A program made the translations under genes and the position numbers. Shown piece by piece: positions 18,637 through 29,700 of a DNA stretch of 64,000 nucleotides (its first letter is position 1; each line of letters opens with the position of its first letter). Origin of the DNA: Alphaproteobacteria bacterium (GTDB lineage: Bacteria; Pseudomonadota; Alphaproteobacteria; UBA11073); contig JABDAM010000004.1 in assembly GCA_013289145.1 (NCBI GenBank), forward strand, positions 20,635 through 84,634, read 5' to 3'. Under the pieces are notes generated by a model. The model did no database searches. It had not been told where the DNA came from and saw only the letters and a program-made list of their open reading frames with translations.

Positions 18637-20352
18637 TCAAGCGACCAGGCCTAAAGGCGCCCGGCTTCTAAAGGTCATTGCAACAGCTTGGGTGTCATCA
18701 TTCGTGTAGATATATTTATTTGGATCGTATTTATTCGTCTGACCGCCGAAAGAACGGATCGTTTCCGCAGCATCAGGATCTTTATTCTTAATCAGGGCAG
18801 TATCCAAAGGCGTAAAGCCAAAGCTATTTTCCGCATTCACCCAAACCAAGAAGCCATCACCCAATTCTTCATGCGCATCGCATAACACATTATGAATAAT
18901 ATTATTAGGCGCCCATTTCGCAAGGCTATGCAGGATATGAAACAGTTGCGCATCCGTATCGCTATAGATCGCCGCGCGTTCGGCGTGTTCAATCATAACA
19001 GCCTTGGCTTCACTCGTCGCCCGGGTAAAAACGGCTTCATTCCCGCCGATAGCGGCGTGTTGCACCAGCGTGAAAAGCGCATCGGTTTTATCGGTAAACA
19101 TCGTCTTGAATTCAGGACTCTTCTCGCCGAAGGCCGCTTTGGCTTCATCCATCACGCGAGTGAAAATGATTTCGTTTCCGCTGGTGGCGGCATGTTGCGC
19201 CAGCATAGAAAGCGTATTGGTTTTGTCAGTAAACAGCGCCTTAAATTCCAGGCTTTTCTCGCCCAGCACCATCTTGGCTTCATCCATTACGCGGGTGAAA
19301 ATGGCTTCATGCCCGTTGATGGCGGCCTGTTGCACCAACGTAAAAAGCGCATCAGTTTTGTCAGTAAACAGTGCTTTGAATTCCGGACTGTTCTCGCCCA
19401 GGGCCGCCTTGGCTTCGTCCATCACGCGGGTGAAAATAGCTTCATTTCCGCCGGTGACAGCATCTTGCGCCAACGTAAAAAGCGCATCGGTTTTGTCAGT
19501 AAACAGCGCTTTGAATTCCGGACTGTTCTCGCCTAATGCCGCTTTGGCTTCGTCCATCACGCGGGTGAAAATGGCTTCATGCCCGTTGGTAGCGGCCTGT
19601 TGCGCCAACGTAAAAAGCGCATCGGTTTTGTCAGTAAACAACGCCTTGAATTCCGGACTGTTCTCGCCTAATGCCGCTTTGGCTTCGTCCATTATACGGG
19701 TGAAAATAACTTCGTTCTCGCTGGCGGCGGCATGTTGCATCAGCGTAAAAAACGCATCGGTTTTATCAGTAAACAGCGCCTTGAATTCCGGATTTTTATC
19801 ACCTAACGCCGCTTTGGCTTCATCCATCGCGCGGGTGAGAATGGCTTCGTTCCCACCGGCAACAGCTTCTTGCACCAGCGTGAAACCACAGTCATCTTTA
19901 TTAATTAAAAATCGGCGTTTTCGATCCACCTCAAGATTTTGAAACTTTTCAGAATCAAAAATGTTCCAAGCGCATAAAAGACTGCCTTTTGCGATGGCCC
20001 AATGCAAAGCGTTCGCTTGCCCATTTATATACGGCGCGCAAATATCCAGATTATCCATGGCCAGCAAATATTTTTGTGTTTCCTTAAGGCCTTCTTTGGA
20101 AACGGCGCTGAATAACGAATAGGCAAATCTGCCGCGCTGAAATACGATGTTTGGGAATTCCGGGAATGTCTGTCGCAATAATTTATCATATTTTTTCATC
20201 GCCGCCAGCAATTCATAATCCGCTTTGGAACGCTCTTTCTTACTGACAGATCTGCCATTCTGTTTGATATCCGCGCTATTCTCATGCACGGCAAAAATGC
20301 CGTCCAAAAGGACGCTTAATATTTCCTGCTGCTGTTCGTTTAATTTTTCCAT
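18637..20352 (-). CDS. ankyrin-like repeat protein with six 45-aa tandem repeats
   Basis: Repeat unit NEAIFTRVMDEAKAALGENSPEFKALFTDKTDALFTLAQ.A..G occurs 6 times plus degenerate copies. The C-terminal FGFTPLDTALIKNKDPDAAETIRSFGG resembles a canonical ankyrin repeat. Confidence 0.7.
   Translation of the reverse strand: MEKLNEQQQEILSVLLDGIFAVHENSADIKQNGRSVSKKERSKADYELLAAMKKYDKLLRQTFPEFPNIVFQRGRFAYSLFSAVSKEGLKETQKYLLAMDNLDICAPYINGQANALHWAIAKGSLLCAWNIFDSEKFQNLEVDRKRRFLINKDDCGFTLVQEAVAGGNEAILTRAMDEAKAALGDKNPEFKALFTDKTDAFFTLMQHAAASENEVIFTRIMDEAKAALGENSPEFKALFTDKTDALFTLAQQAATNGHEAIFTRVMDEAKAALGENSPEFKALFTDKTDALFTLAQDAVTGGNEAIFTRVMDEAKAALGENSPEFKALFTDKTDALFTLVQQAAINGHEAIFTRVMDEAKMVLGEKSLEFKALFTDKTNTLSMLAQHAATSGNEIIFTRVMDEAKAAFGEKSPEFKTMFTDKTDALFTLVQHAAIGGNEAVFTRATSEAKAVMIEHAERAAIYSDTDAQLFHILHSLAKWAPNNIIHNVLCDAHEELGDGFLVWVNAENSFGFTPLDTALIKNKDPDAAETIRSFGGQTNKYDPNKYIYTNDDTQAVAMTFRSRAPLGLVA
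19042..19851 (-). repeat. 6 x 135-bp near-identical tandem coding repeats
   Basis: Corresponds to aa 168-437 of the 571-aa protein. The nucleotide-level repeat is directly visible (e.g. recurring GTAAAAAGCGCATCGGTTTTGTCAGTAAACAGCGC). Confidence 0.85.
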
Positions 20353-20749
20353 AGGTTATAGATAACTGAAAGAAACGCTTGAACGCAAATATTTTCTCTT
20401 GCTTCCCGCCGCCGGTGCGGAAGGGGTTTTGACTAAGGCTGGGTGCGAATGGCACCTGCGTACATTGCCAAACGGCTATTGCAAGGCCGGATTTGGCTTT
20501 TGCGCCCCAAGATTCATCGATAATTTTATTGCCGTTTAATGCATAATTTTTGACATATTATTAGTTGAATTGGGGGGCTATAGGGTTGTTTGTCATTTTT
20601 TGTGATTCACTGCACTTTAGCCCCGTCTGGCGAACAAAGTGCTTGCACCCCGCCCGCCCGGTATGCCATAAACCGCCCACTCTCTGTTCCGGCTTGGCAA
20701 GGCCGGGGCGAAAACGCCGCACCCCGCGGCACTAACCATAGGAGCACAC

Positions 20750-21163
20750 ATGCCACTATACGAAACCGTGATTATCGCACGGCAGGATCTGGCGGCCGCG
20801 CAAGTTGATGAACTGACGCAAGGCCTGCAATCCACAATCTCAGCCCAGGGCGGCAAGACCGCAAGAACCGAAAGCTGGGGCCTGCGCAACCTCGCCTACA
20901 AAATCCAAAAGAACCGCAAGGGCCATTACGTCCTGTTCAATTTCGACGCGCCGCCACAGGCCATCCATGAGCTTGAGCGCACGATGCGGATTAACGAAGA
21001 CGTCCTTCGTTACCTGACGATCAAGGTTGATGCCTTTGAAGAAGGCCCGTCGGCCATCCTGCGTCAACGTGATGACGGTGAAGAAGGTTTTGAACGCGCC
21101 GGCAGCGACCGCGGTTACCGCGCCCGTCCTCGCCGCGACAATAGCGATACAGGAGAAGAATAA
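20750..21163 (+). CDS. rpsF: 30S ribosomal protein S6
   Basis: [14 protein letters not shown]...HYVLFNF is the typical S6 N-terminus. AGGAG RBS. Acidic/basic C-terminal tail. Confidence 0.9.
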   Translation: MPLYETVIIARQDLAAAQVDELTQGLQSTISAQGGKTARTESWGLRNLAYKIQKNRKGHYVLFNFDAPPQAIHELERTMRINEDVLRYLTIKVDAFEEGPSAILRQRDDGEEGFERAGSDRGYRARPRRDNSDTGEE

Positions 21164-21549
21164 TGAGCGCATTAAGATCCGAACGCCCATCGCGCGACCG
21201 CGATGAAACCCCGCGCAACGCCGTGCCATCAGGCGACGGTGAAGGTGAACAGCGCCCACGCCGCCCGCGCGGCCGCAAACGCGATCCTTTCACGGGTCCG
21301 AACGCGCCGAAAATCGATTACAAAGATCCACGCACATTGGCGCGCTATCTGTCTGAACGCGGCAAAATCATGCCCGCGCGTCTGTCCGGTATTTCCGCGA
21401 AAAATCAGCGCGCCCTGGCGCAAGCGATCAAACGCGCACGTTTCCTGGCCTTGATGCCATACGTGGGCGATGCGCGCCGCGCGGTAAACCAGAACGTGAC
21501 GGCCACCGCACCGGCGGCGGCTATGCCGCAAACGAATAGAGGAGAATAA
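21163..21549 (+). CDS. rpsR: 30S ribosomal protein S18 (with N- and C-terminal extensions)
   Basis: Core [54 protein letters not shown]. The ATG overlaps the rpsF stop (TAATG). Confidence 0.85.
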   Translation: MSALRSERPSRDRDETPRNAVPSGDGEGEQRPRRPRGRKRDPFTGPNAPKIDYKDPRTLARYLSERGKIMPARLSGISAKNQRALAQAIKRARFLALMPYVGDARRAVNQNVTATAPAAAMPQTNRGE

Positions 21550-21551
21550 TC

Positions 21552-22154
21552 ATGCAAGTTGTACTCCTGGAACGTATCGCAAAACTCGGCCAGATCGGTG
21601 ATGTGGTTGAGGTAAAGCCCGGCTTCGCGCGTAACTTTTTGTTACCGCAAAACAAGGCGCTGCGCGCGACCAAAGATAACATCGCTTACTTTGAATCGCA
21701 AAAAGACGCCCTGATGGCCGCCAACAACCAGCGCAAAGGCGAAGCGGAAGCCGCCGGTAAAAAGCTAGCCGGTCAGAAATTCACGCTGCTGCGCCAGGCA
21801 TCGGAAACGGGCGTGCTGTTCGGTTCCGTCGGCGCGCGTGATGTTGCCGAAGTTGCGGCCGAAAACGGTTTTACCGTGGCGCGCTCTGCTGTTCTGCTCG
21901 ACCAGGGTATCAAAAACCTGGGCGTTTACGACGTCAATGTTTCGCTGCACCCAGAAGTTCAGGTAACAGTGACAGTCAATATCGCGCGCTCGAAAGAAGA
22001 AGCGGCTGAACAATTCAAAACCGGAAAAATGTTCACCCGCCAGAGCGATGAGCCGTCCGCGCCACGCGGCCGCGGCCGCGCGAAGGCAGTGGAAGCCGAA
22101 GCCCCTGCGGATGATCAGCCTGACGTGGTGTTTCCTGAGGAAGCGACCGCGTAA
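21552..22154 (+). CDS. rplI: 50S ribosomal protein L9 (C-terminal extension)
   Basis: MQVVLLERIAKLGQIGDVVEVKPGFARNFLLPQ is the canonical L9 N-terminus. Confidence 0.9.
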   Translation: MQVVLLERIAKLGQIGDVVEVKPGFARNFLLPQNKALRATKDNIAYFESQKDALMAANNQRKGEAEAAGKKLAGQKFTLLRQASETGVLFGSVGARDVAEVAAENGFTVARSAVLLDQGIKNLGVYDVNVSLHPEVQVTVTVNIARSKEEAAEQFKTGKMFTRQSDEPSAPRGRGRAKAVEAEAPADDQPDVVFPEEATA

Positions 22155-22179
22155 ACTGTTATAAATAACACTTGTTACC

Positions 22180-22217
22180 AAGGCCGGGGATAGATTATCC
22201 TCGGCCTTATGGTTTTT
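22180..22217 (+). terminator. terminator candidate after the rpsF-rpsR-rplI operon
   Basis: AAGGCCGGGG / CCTCGGCCTT 10-bp stem (one G-U pair), 9-nt loop, then ATGGTTTTT. The T-tract overlaps the rmuC start. Confidence 0.45.
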
Positions 22218-23285
22218 GGGCTTTCGCATCTTATTGTCTTGGTGATCGGTTTGGCGGTTGGAGCAACTGTCACTTGGCTGCTTGCGCGCGGGCGCAAAAC
22301 GGAACTTGCGGCAGCGCCCGATACCCACACCCCCGCCCTGATGCAAATGCAATCGACGTTGCAACAGGCATTGCACGACCAGATGCTGAAAATTTCCGCA
22401 CTCGAAAAACAACGTGCGGTAGAGCAGCAGGAATTCCGCACGGTGATCGACCTGCTCCGCACCGAAACGACGCAACTCGGCCGCGCCCTGCGCGCGCCGC
22501 AGCAGCGCGGAGCCTGGGGCGAAGTAGTGCTGGAACGCGTGCTGGAACTGTCCGGCCTCGTGAAAAACCAGCATTACGCGACACAGGTCGCCCTGGGCGC
22601 GGCGAACGATCATGTGCGCCCGGACGTGGTGGTTTTTTTGCCCGGCAAATTATCCGTCGTGATTGACGCCAAGGTTCCCCTCTCCGCCTTTCTGGAAGCA
22701 CAGGACGAAAACCGCAGCGACAGTGAACGCATGACGGCATTACAACGCCACGCACAGCAATTGAAAACGCACATTACCGATTTAGGCAGCAAGAATTACT
22801 GGGACCGATTGCGCGATCTCTCGCCGGAATTTGTGGTGCTGTTCGTGCCGGATGAAGGCATGTTGTCGGCCGCCCTGCGCGCCGACCCGACGTTATTCGA
22901 ACTCGCCGCGCGGTCGCGGATTGTGCTGGCTTCGCCCATGAATCTGATCGGCCTGCTGCGCACCGTCGCCTTTGGCTGGCGGCAGGAAGATGTTTCCGAA
23001 AACGCGCGCCAAATCGCGGAACTTGGAAAAAAACTATATGAAGCCGTGCAGAAATTCGGCGAGCATTACGACGCCATCGGCAAACGCCTGGCGCAGGTGA
23101 TGGATGCCTATAATAAATCCGTCGGCTCATTAGAGACGACATTCCTGCCGACGGCGCGGAAACTAAAAGACGCACAAGTCGTTGATCACATGGCAAAACC
23201 CATTGCGGAAATCGTGCCGATTGATATTAACCTCCGCGCGCCGTCCAAACCCGAACTGTTAATGCGAACCGGAACCGATGAGTAA
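22209..23285 (+). CDS. rmuC: DNA recombination protein RmuC
   Basis: N-terminal TM helix, coiled-coil region and a C-terminal RmuC-type block (RPDVVVFLPG...VIDAKVPL...FVVLFVPDE). Confidence 0.85.
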   Translation: MVFGLSHLIVLVIGLAVGATVTWLLARGRKTELAAAPDTHTPALMQMQSTLQQALHDQMLKISALEKQRAVEQQEFRTVIDLLRTETTQLGRALRAPQQRGAWGEVVLERVLELSGLVKNQHYATQVALGAANDHVRPDVVVFLPGKLSVVIDAKVPLSAFLEAQDENRSDSERMTALQRHAQQLKTHITDLGSKNYWDRLRDLSPEFVVLFVPDEGMLSAALRADPTLFELAARSRIVLASPMNLIGLLRTVAFGWRQEDVSENARQIAELGKKLYEAVQKFGEHYDAIGKRLAQVMDAYNKSVGSLETTFLPTARKLKDAQVVDHMAKPIAEIVPIDINLRAPSKPELLMRTGTDE

Positions 23286-23817
23286 TCCACCCCAGGAAAA
23301 TAAACTGAGAATTATAATTGCGCCCGACCCGGTGTTAAAGGCTGTCGCGCAACCCATCACAACCATCGACGATAAACTGCGTAAATTTATGGATGATATG
23401 CTGTCCACTATGTATGAATCGCGCGGCGTCGGCTTGGCCGCCCCGCAGGTGGGCGTGTCGCAGCGCATCATCGTCATCGATCCCGTGCGCGAAGACGGCG
23501 CCGCGCCGCAGCCGATGCAAATGATCAATCCCGAAATCATCTGGCGCAGCGAAGAACCAAATGTATTCGAAGAAGGTTGCCTGTCTTTGCCGGATTTTTA
23601 TGCGGAAATCGAACGCCCTGCCAGCGTGCGCGTGAAATACACTGACCCGCAAAACCAGGGGCATGAATTGTTGGCCGAGGGTTTCCTCGCCACCGTATTG
23701 CAACACGAAATCGACCACATCAACGGCATATTGATTTTAGATCATTTATCCAAACTCCGCCGCGACACGGCGATTAGAAAATTTAAGAAGTTAAAGAAAG
23801 AGGAGGAGGTTTTATAA
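23278..23817 (+). CDS. def: peptide deformylase
   Basis: GVGLAAPQ, EGCLS and HEIDH motifs. Confidence 0.9.
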   Translation: MSNPPQENKLRIIIAPDPVLKAVAQPITTIDDKLRKFMDDMLSTMYESRGVGLAAPQVGVSQRIIVIDPVREDGAAPQPMQMINPEIIWRSEEPNVFEEGCLSLPDFYAEIERPASVRVKYTDPQNQGHELLAEGFLATVLQHEIDHINGILILDHLSKLRRDTAIRKFKKLKKEEEVL

Positions 23818-24084
23818 ATCCAATTTATATTGTTTTGGCGCCGAGCGGTTTTCCATGACTAATTTACATGGCGCCACAATGCCAAACATAACCATAGCTC
23901 CAATAGCCGTCGCCGCCCACGAAGAGAAGAATAAACCGCCGCAAATTTTTGCCGCCATTTGGTTTCCTGTAGCCTCTGCAATTCCATAACTCATGCCACT
24001 AGCAGAAATTAATACTCCCCCTACAACAAGCCCTTTACTGGCAGTATCCATTATTCGTCTGACTGAAGTCCTTTTGTTCATAAT
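23812..24084 (-). CDS. small membrane protein (AT-rich, antisense insert between def and fmt)
   Basis: ORF 23812-24171. The MNKRTSVRR start at 24084 is preferred. Two or three hydrophobic helices. Overlaps the def stop. Confidence 0.4.
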   Translation of the reverse strand: MMNKRTSVRRIMDTASKGLVVGGVLISASGMSYGIAEATGNQMAAKICGGLFFSSWAATAIGAMVMFGIVAPCKLVMENRSAPKQYKLDL

Positions 24085-24136
24085 TCCATTCCTTCTAAAG
24101 ATTGAGTTTTTATAGTTATAATATATAGAATAATTA

Positions 24137-25066
24137 ATGCAACAAATATCCCCCCTCAAAGTCGTTTTCATGGGTACGCCTGAATTCGCCGCCTGGGCGC
24201 TGGGCGCGCTGATTGATGGCCCGCATAAAGTGATTGCCGTTTATTCCCAACCGCCGCGCCCCAGCGGGCGGGGGATGAAACTCACGCCCTCGCCGGTTCA
24301 GCAGACCGCGGAGAAATTCGACATCCCGGTTTTCACGCCCAAATCCCTGAAAACCGCCGAAGCGCAGGAGCAATTTAAAAACCTCAACGCCGACATCGCC
24401 ATCGTCGCTGCATACGGCCTGATTTTACCTAAAGCTATCCTAGACGCGCCGCGCCTCGGCTGTGTGAATATTCATGCCTCCCTGCTCCCGCGCTGGCGCG
24501 GCGCGGCGCCGATTCAGCGCGCCATTCTGGCGGGCGATGCGCAAACCGGGATTACATTCATGCAAATGGATGAAGGATTGGACACGGGCGCGATGTTGAA
24601 AACTTATCCCGTGACCATTCAAAATGATATGACATCGCATGATTTGCTGATTACCCTCGCCCAGACCGCCGCGCGCGAAATCAACAACCTGATTGATAAT
24701 ATGGCGCAAGGCCGTATCTCTCCCCTGCCGCAACCCGCCGAGGGCGTGACCTATGCCGACAAATTAAAAAAAGAAGAAGGCAAAATCGAATGGAATAAAC
24801 CGGCGAATGACCTTCACCGCATGGTGCGCGCATTAAACCCCTGGCCGGGCGCGTGGTTTGAACATCATGGTGAGAATATAAAAGTCTTATCCGCGGAAAC
24901 AGTGATGGAAAACGGCTCACCCGGCGCGGTTTTACATAGCGACGGCACCATCGCCTGCGGCGAAGGCGCATTACGTATTCTGTCAGCACAGCGTCCTGGG
25001 AAATCACCCGTCGATGGCCGCACGTTCCTCAGCGGCCTGAATTTAAAATCCCGCGATGCGTTATAA
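24137..25066 (+). CDS. fmt: methionyl-tRNA formyltransferase
   Basis: VVFMGTPEFA and HASLLPRWRGAAPIQRAI motifs. Confidence 0.9.
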   Translation: MQQISPLKVVFMGTPEFAAWALGALIDGPHKVIAVYSQPPRPSGRGMKLTPSPVQQTAEKFDIPVFTPKSLKTAEAQEQFKNLNADIAIVAAYGLILPKAILDAPRLGCVNIHASLLPRWRGAAPIQRAILAGDAQTGITFMQMDEGLDTGAMLKTYPVTIQNDMTSHDLLITLAQTAAREINNLIDNMAQGRISPLPQPAEGVTYADKLKKEEGKIEWNKPANDLHRMVRALNPWPGAWFEHHGENIKVLSAETVMENGSPGAVLHSDGTIACGEGALRILSAQRPGKSPVDGRTFLSGLNLKSRDAL

Positions 25067-25790
25067 AATCGTTCTGGAATACGATGGGACAAATTTCGAC
25101 GGCTGGCAAAAACAGCCGAATGGGAAGGGTGTTCAAAATATCGTTGAAAACGCCCTCGCCGCTTTTAATCCGGAAGCGCCGAAAACCATCGTCGCCGGCC
25201 GGACGGACGCAGGCGTTCACGCGCTGGGGCAAGTCATTAGCATCGATATCGCGCGCGAGATCACGCCGAATAAATTATGTGACGCCTTGAATGCGCATTT
25301 GCGCTTTCATCCGATTATCGCAATCAGTGCTGAGGCCGTGGACGAAAATTTCTCCGCGCGATTCAGTGCAAAAAAACGTTATTACCGTTACGTAATCTTA
25401 AACCGGCCCGCGCCGCCCGCGTTGCTGGCCAACCGTGTCTGGCATTTGCCGCATAAATTAAATTTGGCCGTAATGCAAAAAGCGGCGATGGATTTTATTG
25501 GGCAGCATGACTTTACGTCCTTTCGTTCTGTTGCATGCCAAGCGAAAAATCCGGTGCGGCAGATGCTCGATTTCACGATCACGCCGCGTGAAGATCAAAT
25601 TTGGCTGGAATGCTCCGCCCCGGCGTTTTTACATCATCAAGTCCGGAATATGGTCGGCACGCTGGTTGAGATCGGCCGGGGCCAGCGCCCGGCGGATGAC
25701 ATCCCCAGAATCCTCGCCGCCCGGGATCGGGCCGTTGCCGGGGTCACGGCCCCGGCGGGGGGGCTGTATTTTGTCCGCGTGGACTATTAA
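25056..25790 (+). CDS. truA: tRNA pseudouridine(38-40) synthase
   Basis: YDGTNFDGWQKQ and GRTDAGVHALGQV catalytic motif. Overlaps the fmt end. Confidence 0.9.
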   Translation: MRYKIVLEYDGTNFDGWQKQPNGKGVQNIVENALAAFNPEAPKTIVAGRTDAGVHALGQVISIDIAREITPNKLCDALNAHLRFHPIIAISAEAVDENFSARFSAKKRYYRYVILNRPAPPALLANRVWHLPHKLNLAVMQKAAMDFIGQHDFTSFRSVACQAKNPVRQMLDFTITPREDQIWLECSAPAFLHHQVRNMVGTLVEIGRGQRPADDIPRILAARDRAVAGVTAPAGGLYFVRVDY

Positions 25791-25890
25791 AATCCAAATA
25801 TTACAAAGAGTTAATTTGCAATTAATCAGGTCATTGATTCGTAACGTAAAATGTGTATTATACTCAATCTAGTAAACCTAGAGGCGAGTC

Positions 25891-26694
25891 ATGAGTGCAA
25901 AAGACTTGTTAAAGCGCGGTGCGCAATATGCAGTCAAAACCAGCGGGAACCTGTTAAAGGGTCTCGCGCTGGCGTCGGTTGCGACCTCCGCTATGGCTCC
26001 CGCCTTTGCCCATGGCGCGAAATTGAGCGACGATACCCCTGTCACGACTACGGTAAAAGCAAAAACTTATAATTTCGCCGAACCGACGTGGGAGAAGAAA
26101 TACGAAACCATCCATACGGTTTTGAAGCTTTATACTGCGGCGTCGATGTCTTCGATGGGGTATTATACCGGAACCACTAAGCCAATTGTTCCCTATAGCA
26201 GTAAAGAATTTAATGACCCAAATGACGGCAACCGTTTTTTCTTTGCTGACAATCCGGGAAGGTTCCCAGATTTAAAAACATTATTTGATGCTAGTAATAA
26301 TGAGACTAAAGCAGATATCCTTGCCATCATTGAAACTGTTCATGGTAGAATTCGGGAGATAGCAGGAGCAATTTGCAGTCCTGTAGATGACGGGTTTACT
26401 TGGTCTGCATATCGAAATGCCAATGCTCCTGCTAACATTAATGGAATCGTTAAAAAGATTGAAGACGATCGAGACTTCAGAAATGGTATCCTGGATGATA
26501 TGAAAGATTTTTATGGGCAAATGAAATCGTCGCAAAGTGATCTTGCAACCGCATTAAAGAACGAATTTTCAGCTTATAAAAAGCCTAATCAAGATCCATT
26601 CCGTGAACTTAATCGGAAAATGATAATAAGCTTTATACCTGATCTAAAATTACCCTATATATCTAATCCCCCTCCCTCGCCTAGTGTCGGATAG
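25891..26694 (+). CDS. hypothetical secreted protein
   Basis: 267 aa with a signal-like LALASVATSAMAPAFAHG. AT-rich. Converges on the DotA-like gene with an 11-bp gap. Confidence 0.5.
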   Translation: MSAKDLLKRGAQYAVKTSGNLLKGLALASVATSAMAPAFAHGAKLSDDTPVTTTVKAKTYNFAEPTWEKKYETIHTVLKLYTAASMSSMGYYTGTTKPIVPYSSKEFNDPNDGNRFFFADNPGRFPDLKTLFDASNNETKADILAIIETVHGRIREIAGAICSPVDDGFTWSAYRNANAPANINGIVKKIEDDRDFRNGILDDMKDFYGQMKSSQSDLATALKNEFSAYKKPNQDPFRELNRKMIISFIPDLKLPYISNPPPSPSVG

Positions 26695-26705
26695 TTTTAA
26701 TAATC

Positions 26706-29700
26706 TCAATGTCCGCCAGTTTTGCCTAAACTACCTTGTTGTCGTGTTTGTCGATTAGTTCTAACTTGTTTCGCCATGGCACTCATTTCAGGATAAGGTT
26801 CTTGCCCTGGTGACGGGTTTTGAATCGGATCTTTGATACCTTTCGCAAGATTAGCTTGATAGGTATCATTAGCTTTTTGCCAGCTTGTCTCCGCCTGCAA
26901 CTTTTGCCCCCAGCTATCCAAACCACCGCGCGCGCTGTAGGCTAGGGTTTGCATATAACCGCTGGCTTGCTGTTGCACCATAATCGCGTCGTCGGCGCGG
27001 CTTTCCATACGTTGGCCGATCCAGCCCATGACAAAGTTGGGCAAGAGATCAATCGCCTTGAACGCGGAATTGGCCAGCGTATAGGCCAGCGTGCCGTAAA
27101 AGATGATGTAAACGCCAAGAGAAAGATAACTGGAATCCGAGGTTGTGTTTAAATTTACCACCGTCGGCACAAATAACAGGTTGGCGATCTGAATAATCGC
27201 GTTAAAGGCGATCAATCCCAATACCAGACCGAATACCATCAACATCGGCCGGATAATCACACCTAGCAGCATCGTCATGGCTGATTGGAACTGTTGCGGC
27301 GCAAAACCCTCGCCATCGGTTTTTAAGAGCGACAAAGAAACCAGCGGTGCGGCCAAAACTGCTTCGAATAACAACAGAAACCAGCCCAAAATACCCAGCA
27401 CAAAGCGCGTGAGTGGAATAAGAGTTAGAATGTATGCCGTAAAGCCGAATGAAATCAAAATCATTCCCAAAGGATAAAGCACGCTGCGGGTTGTGGTTTC
27501 GCTTGCAGTTAGGGCCTCTAACTTGTCCCGCAAACCTTGATCAACCGCCGGGTTAGGTAATACGGTTGCGCCGCCCCCGCCCAAATGGGTTTGATTTTTA
27601 TAACTTTTCAGCCCATCTGCATCATTCGAATATCCAGAATCCGTTAATACAAAACTACAAGGACTAGGAGTACCATTTGGATTAGTCGCAGTTACAGGTT
27701 GATCATAACCCGGGTTGTCATAACATTTTACCACCTCCGGCGGTAAAATCAACTTAAAGCCCATTTCCAGAAATTCCTGGCCGTAAACGCCGATCCTGCC
27801 CAATGGATTCCCACCGATATCATTGGTCATGTTGGTGAGCGCGTTTTGAATAAAACTGCCCGCCTTCCCGGTTGGAGAATTGAGCGCGGAAACATTGGAC
27901 GGTTCCCAAGTTTTGACGAAATTTTGAGCCGCGATCCACATGTTCTTACCTGTGGGATCGGAAAAAGGCGCGCCTTCACTGACAATGATCGGTGTGCTCA
28001 CCGAAGGAACCAATCTGGAAGTATCCCCAACCTGGCCATTCGCAGCGGCAATACTCGCCAGCCAAATGGGAGAATAAATCCAGCCATGAACCTTCGCCAT
28101 TTGCTTGAGTTGCTGGTCTAAACTTGCGTTATAGGTGCCAAGCGCGGTTTTAAGCGAACTTTGGAGCTGATCCATATAGCCGCCTGAACCATTATTGGTG
28201 AAAGCGCTTTGGAACTTGGCGTACTCCGCCTGTTGGTCCAGTGTCCAGCCATCTGTCCCGCCAGGTATAACCTGCTTAAGGGCATCCTGCGCAATCTCGT
28301 TGGCGAGTGGGGTTAGAGCTGTAACCAAGTTTTGTGTTGCCGTACTTTGCGTACTCATAATTGCCTGTTGTGTGGGACCAACAGCTGCCTGTATGCAGCC
28401 GCTTGAATTGGCTCCTCCCGGACAGCCCGAGCCTGAATTCGCGCTAGCCGGATTTGGCACTTGGACGGTATAGGAACCGCAATTTACGCCACCGGACGAA
28501 GTAAATGCAGTTGTGGAAGGCAAAGTGGCCGAGGGCGGTAGCTGCGTCGGCGTCGTTCCAGTGGGGCCTACGCTTTGCACAGACCCCATTGCCCCGACGG
28601 TCGTGGTTTTCGTTGATATTTTACTATTTGTATTATAAGTATCGTTCACCGCCTGACACAAAAGCACTTGGAACAAGTTTTGGGCAAAAACTTGGTTCGA
28701 ATTAAGATCCAAAGGCAAACTTGCGATACCGGTCGAGGTACTTGTGCCACCGCCTCCGCCCCCATTCGTTCCAACCATACTATCCGCAAAGGTCGACCAG
28801 ACCTGGGTCGCCTGGGCGCTGCCCCATTTGGCGAGGGATAGGATCATCCATTGTCCGCTGTTCAGACCTGTGGAACTGAGCGGCACCAGCAACCCAAGCG
28901 CGACAATCAAACGGATCGGCGCCCAGACGTGGTTGAAATTTTTGCCGAACGGCACGCCGGTACGCGCGGTTTCCGCAACAGCCGAAATAACAATCCACAA
29001 AACGATAATCCCTGCGAAAATCAGCACTGTAGAACTGTAAAATTGCAGCATCGCACCCAGGCTCTTTGTAATTGCACTTGGCGCAGAGGAACCCGTGCCC
29101 GTGCCGAAAATCGCGTCGATATAAGCAGAGGCGAGATCCGTGTTGGCAGGCATGGAGTTAATACCAGCTAATGTACCGCTATTCGCCCCGCCACCCGACG
29201 TCGGAGCACCCTGCGCATAGGCATGAGCAACACCGAACATCACCCGCATCAAGCCGACAATGATTGTCAGAGAGCCGGAAACCAAAACCCCGATCGCGCT
29301 GATGAAAACAACATATTGCCGCGTCACGAAAACGCGTGCCGCAGCGGCGGCTTCGTCCCTTGCATTCGTTTTTATCCCGGCCCACATCAGCTTCGCCGGC
29401 GGCAGGTTGATTTTGGCCTCTTCCATTAATTGGAATAAACGAAATTTTTTCGCACCGCTGAAAGTCAGGGCTGGATGGTCAGGCGGGATCAAACTGACCG
29501 CTGCCAGGATTTGGGCAAAGGTCTGAACCAAAAGCGCCAAGGGCAGCGCAAGGCCACGCAAAGATAAATTGATCTGCGGCATCCAAAGAAACGCGGCGAC
29601 TTGCCCGCCACTTACCTTTTTGGGGCTGGTCTCCTCAGCGCTGGCGCGCACCGCGGCGATCCGGGCGGCTTTAAGTTCCGCCGTATGGGCCCTGGCAGCC

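Noticed and set aside
19042-19851. Regular 135-bp repeats that could be mistaken for a CRISPR-like or satellite array.
   Set aside because: The repeats are contiguous with no unique spacers, lie in one long open frame, and encode a coherent 45-aa protein repeat.
20353-20749. A 397-bp non-coding stretch upstream of rpsF with GC-rich segments, considered as an sRNA or an S6:S18-binding leader.
   Set aside because: I could not fold a convincing conserved structure or identify a clear promoter/terminator pair by eye. This needs covariance-model search (e.g. Rfam r-protein leaders) before any call.
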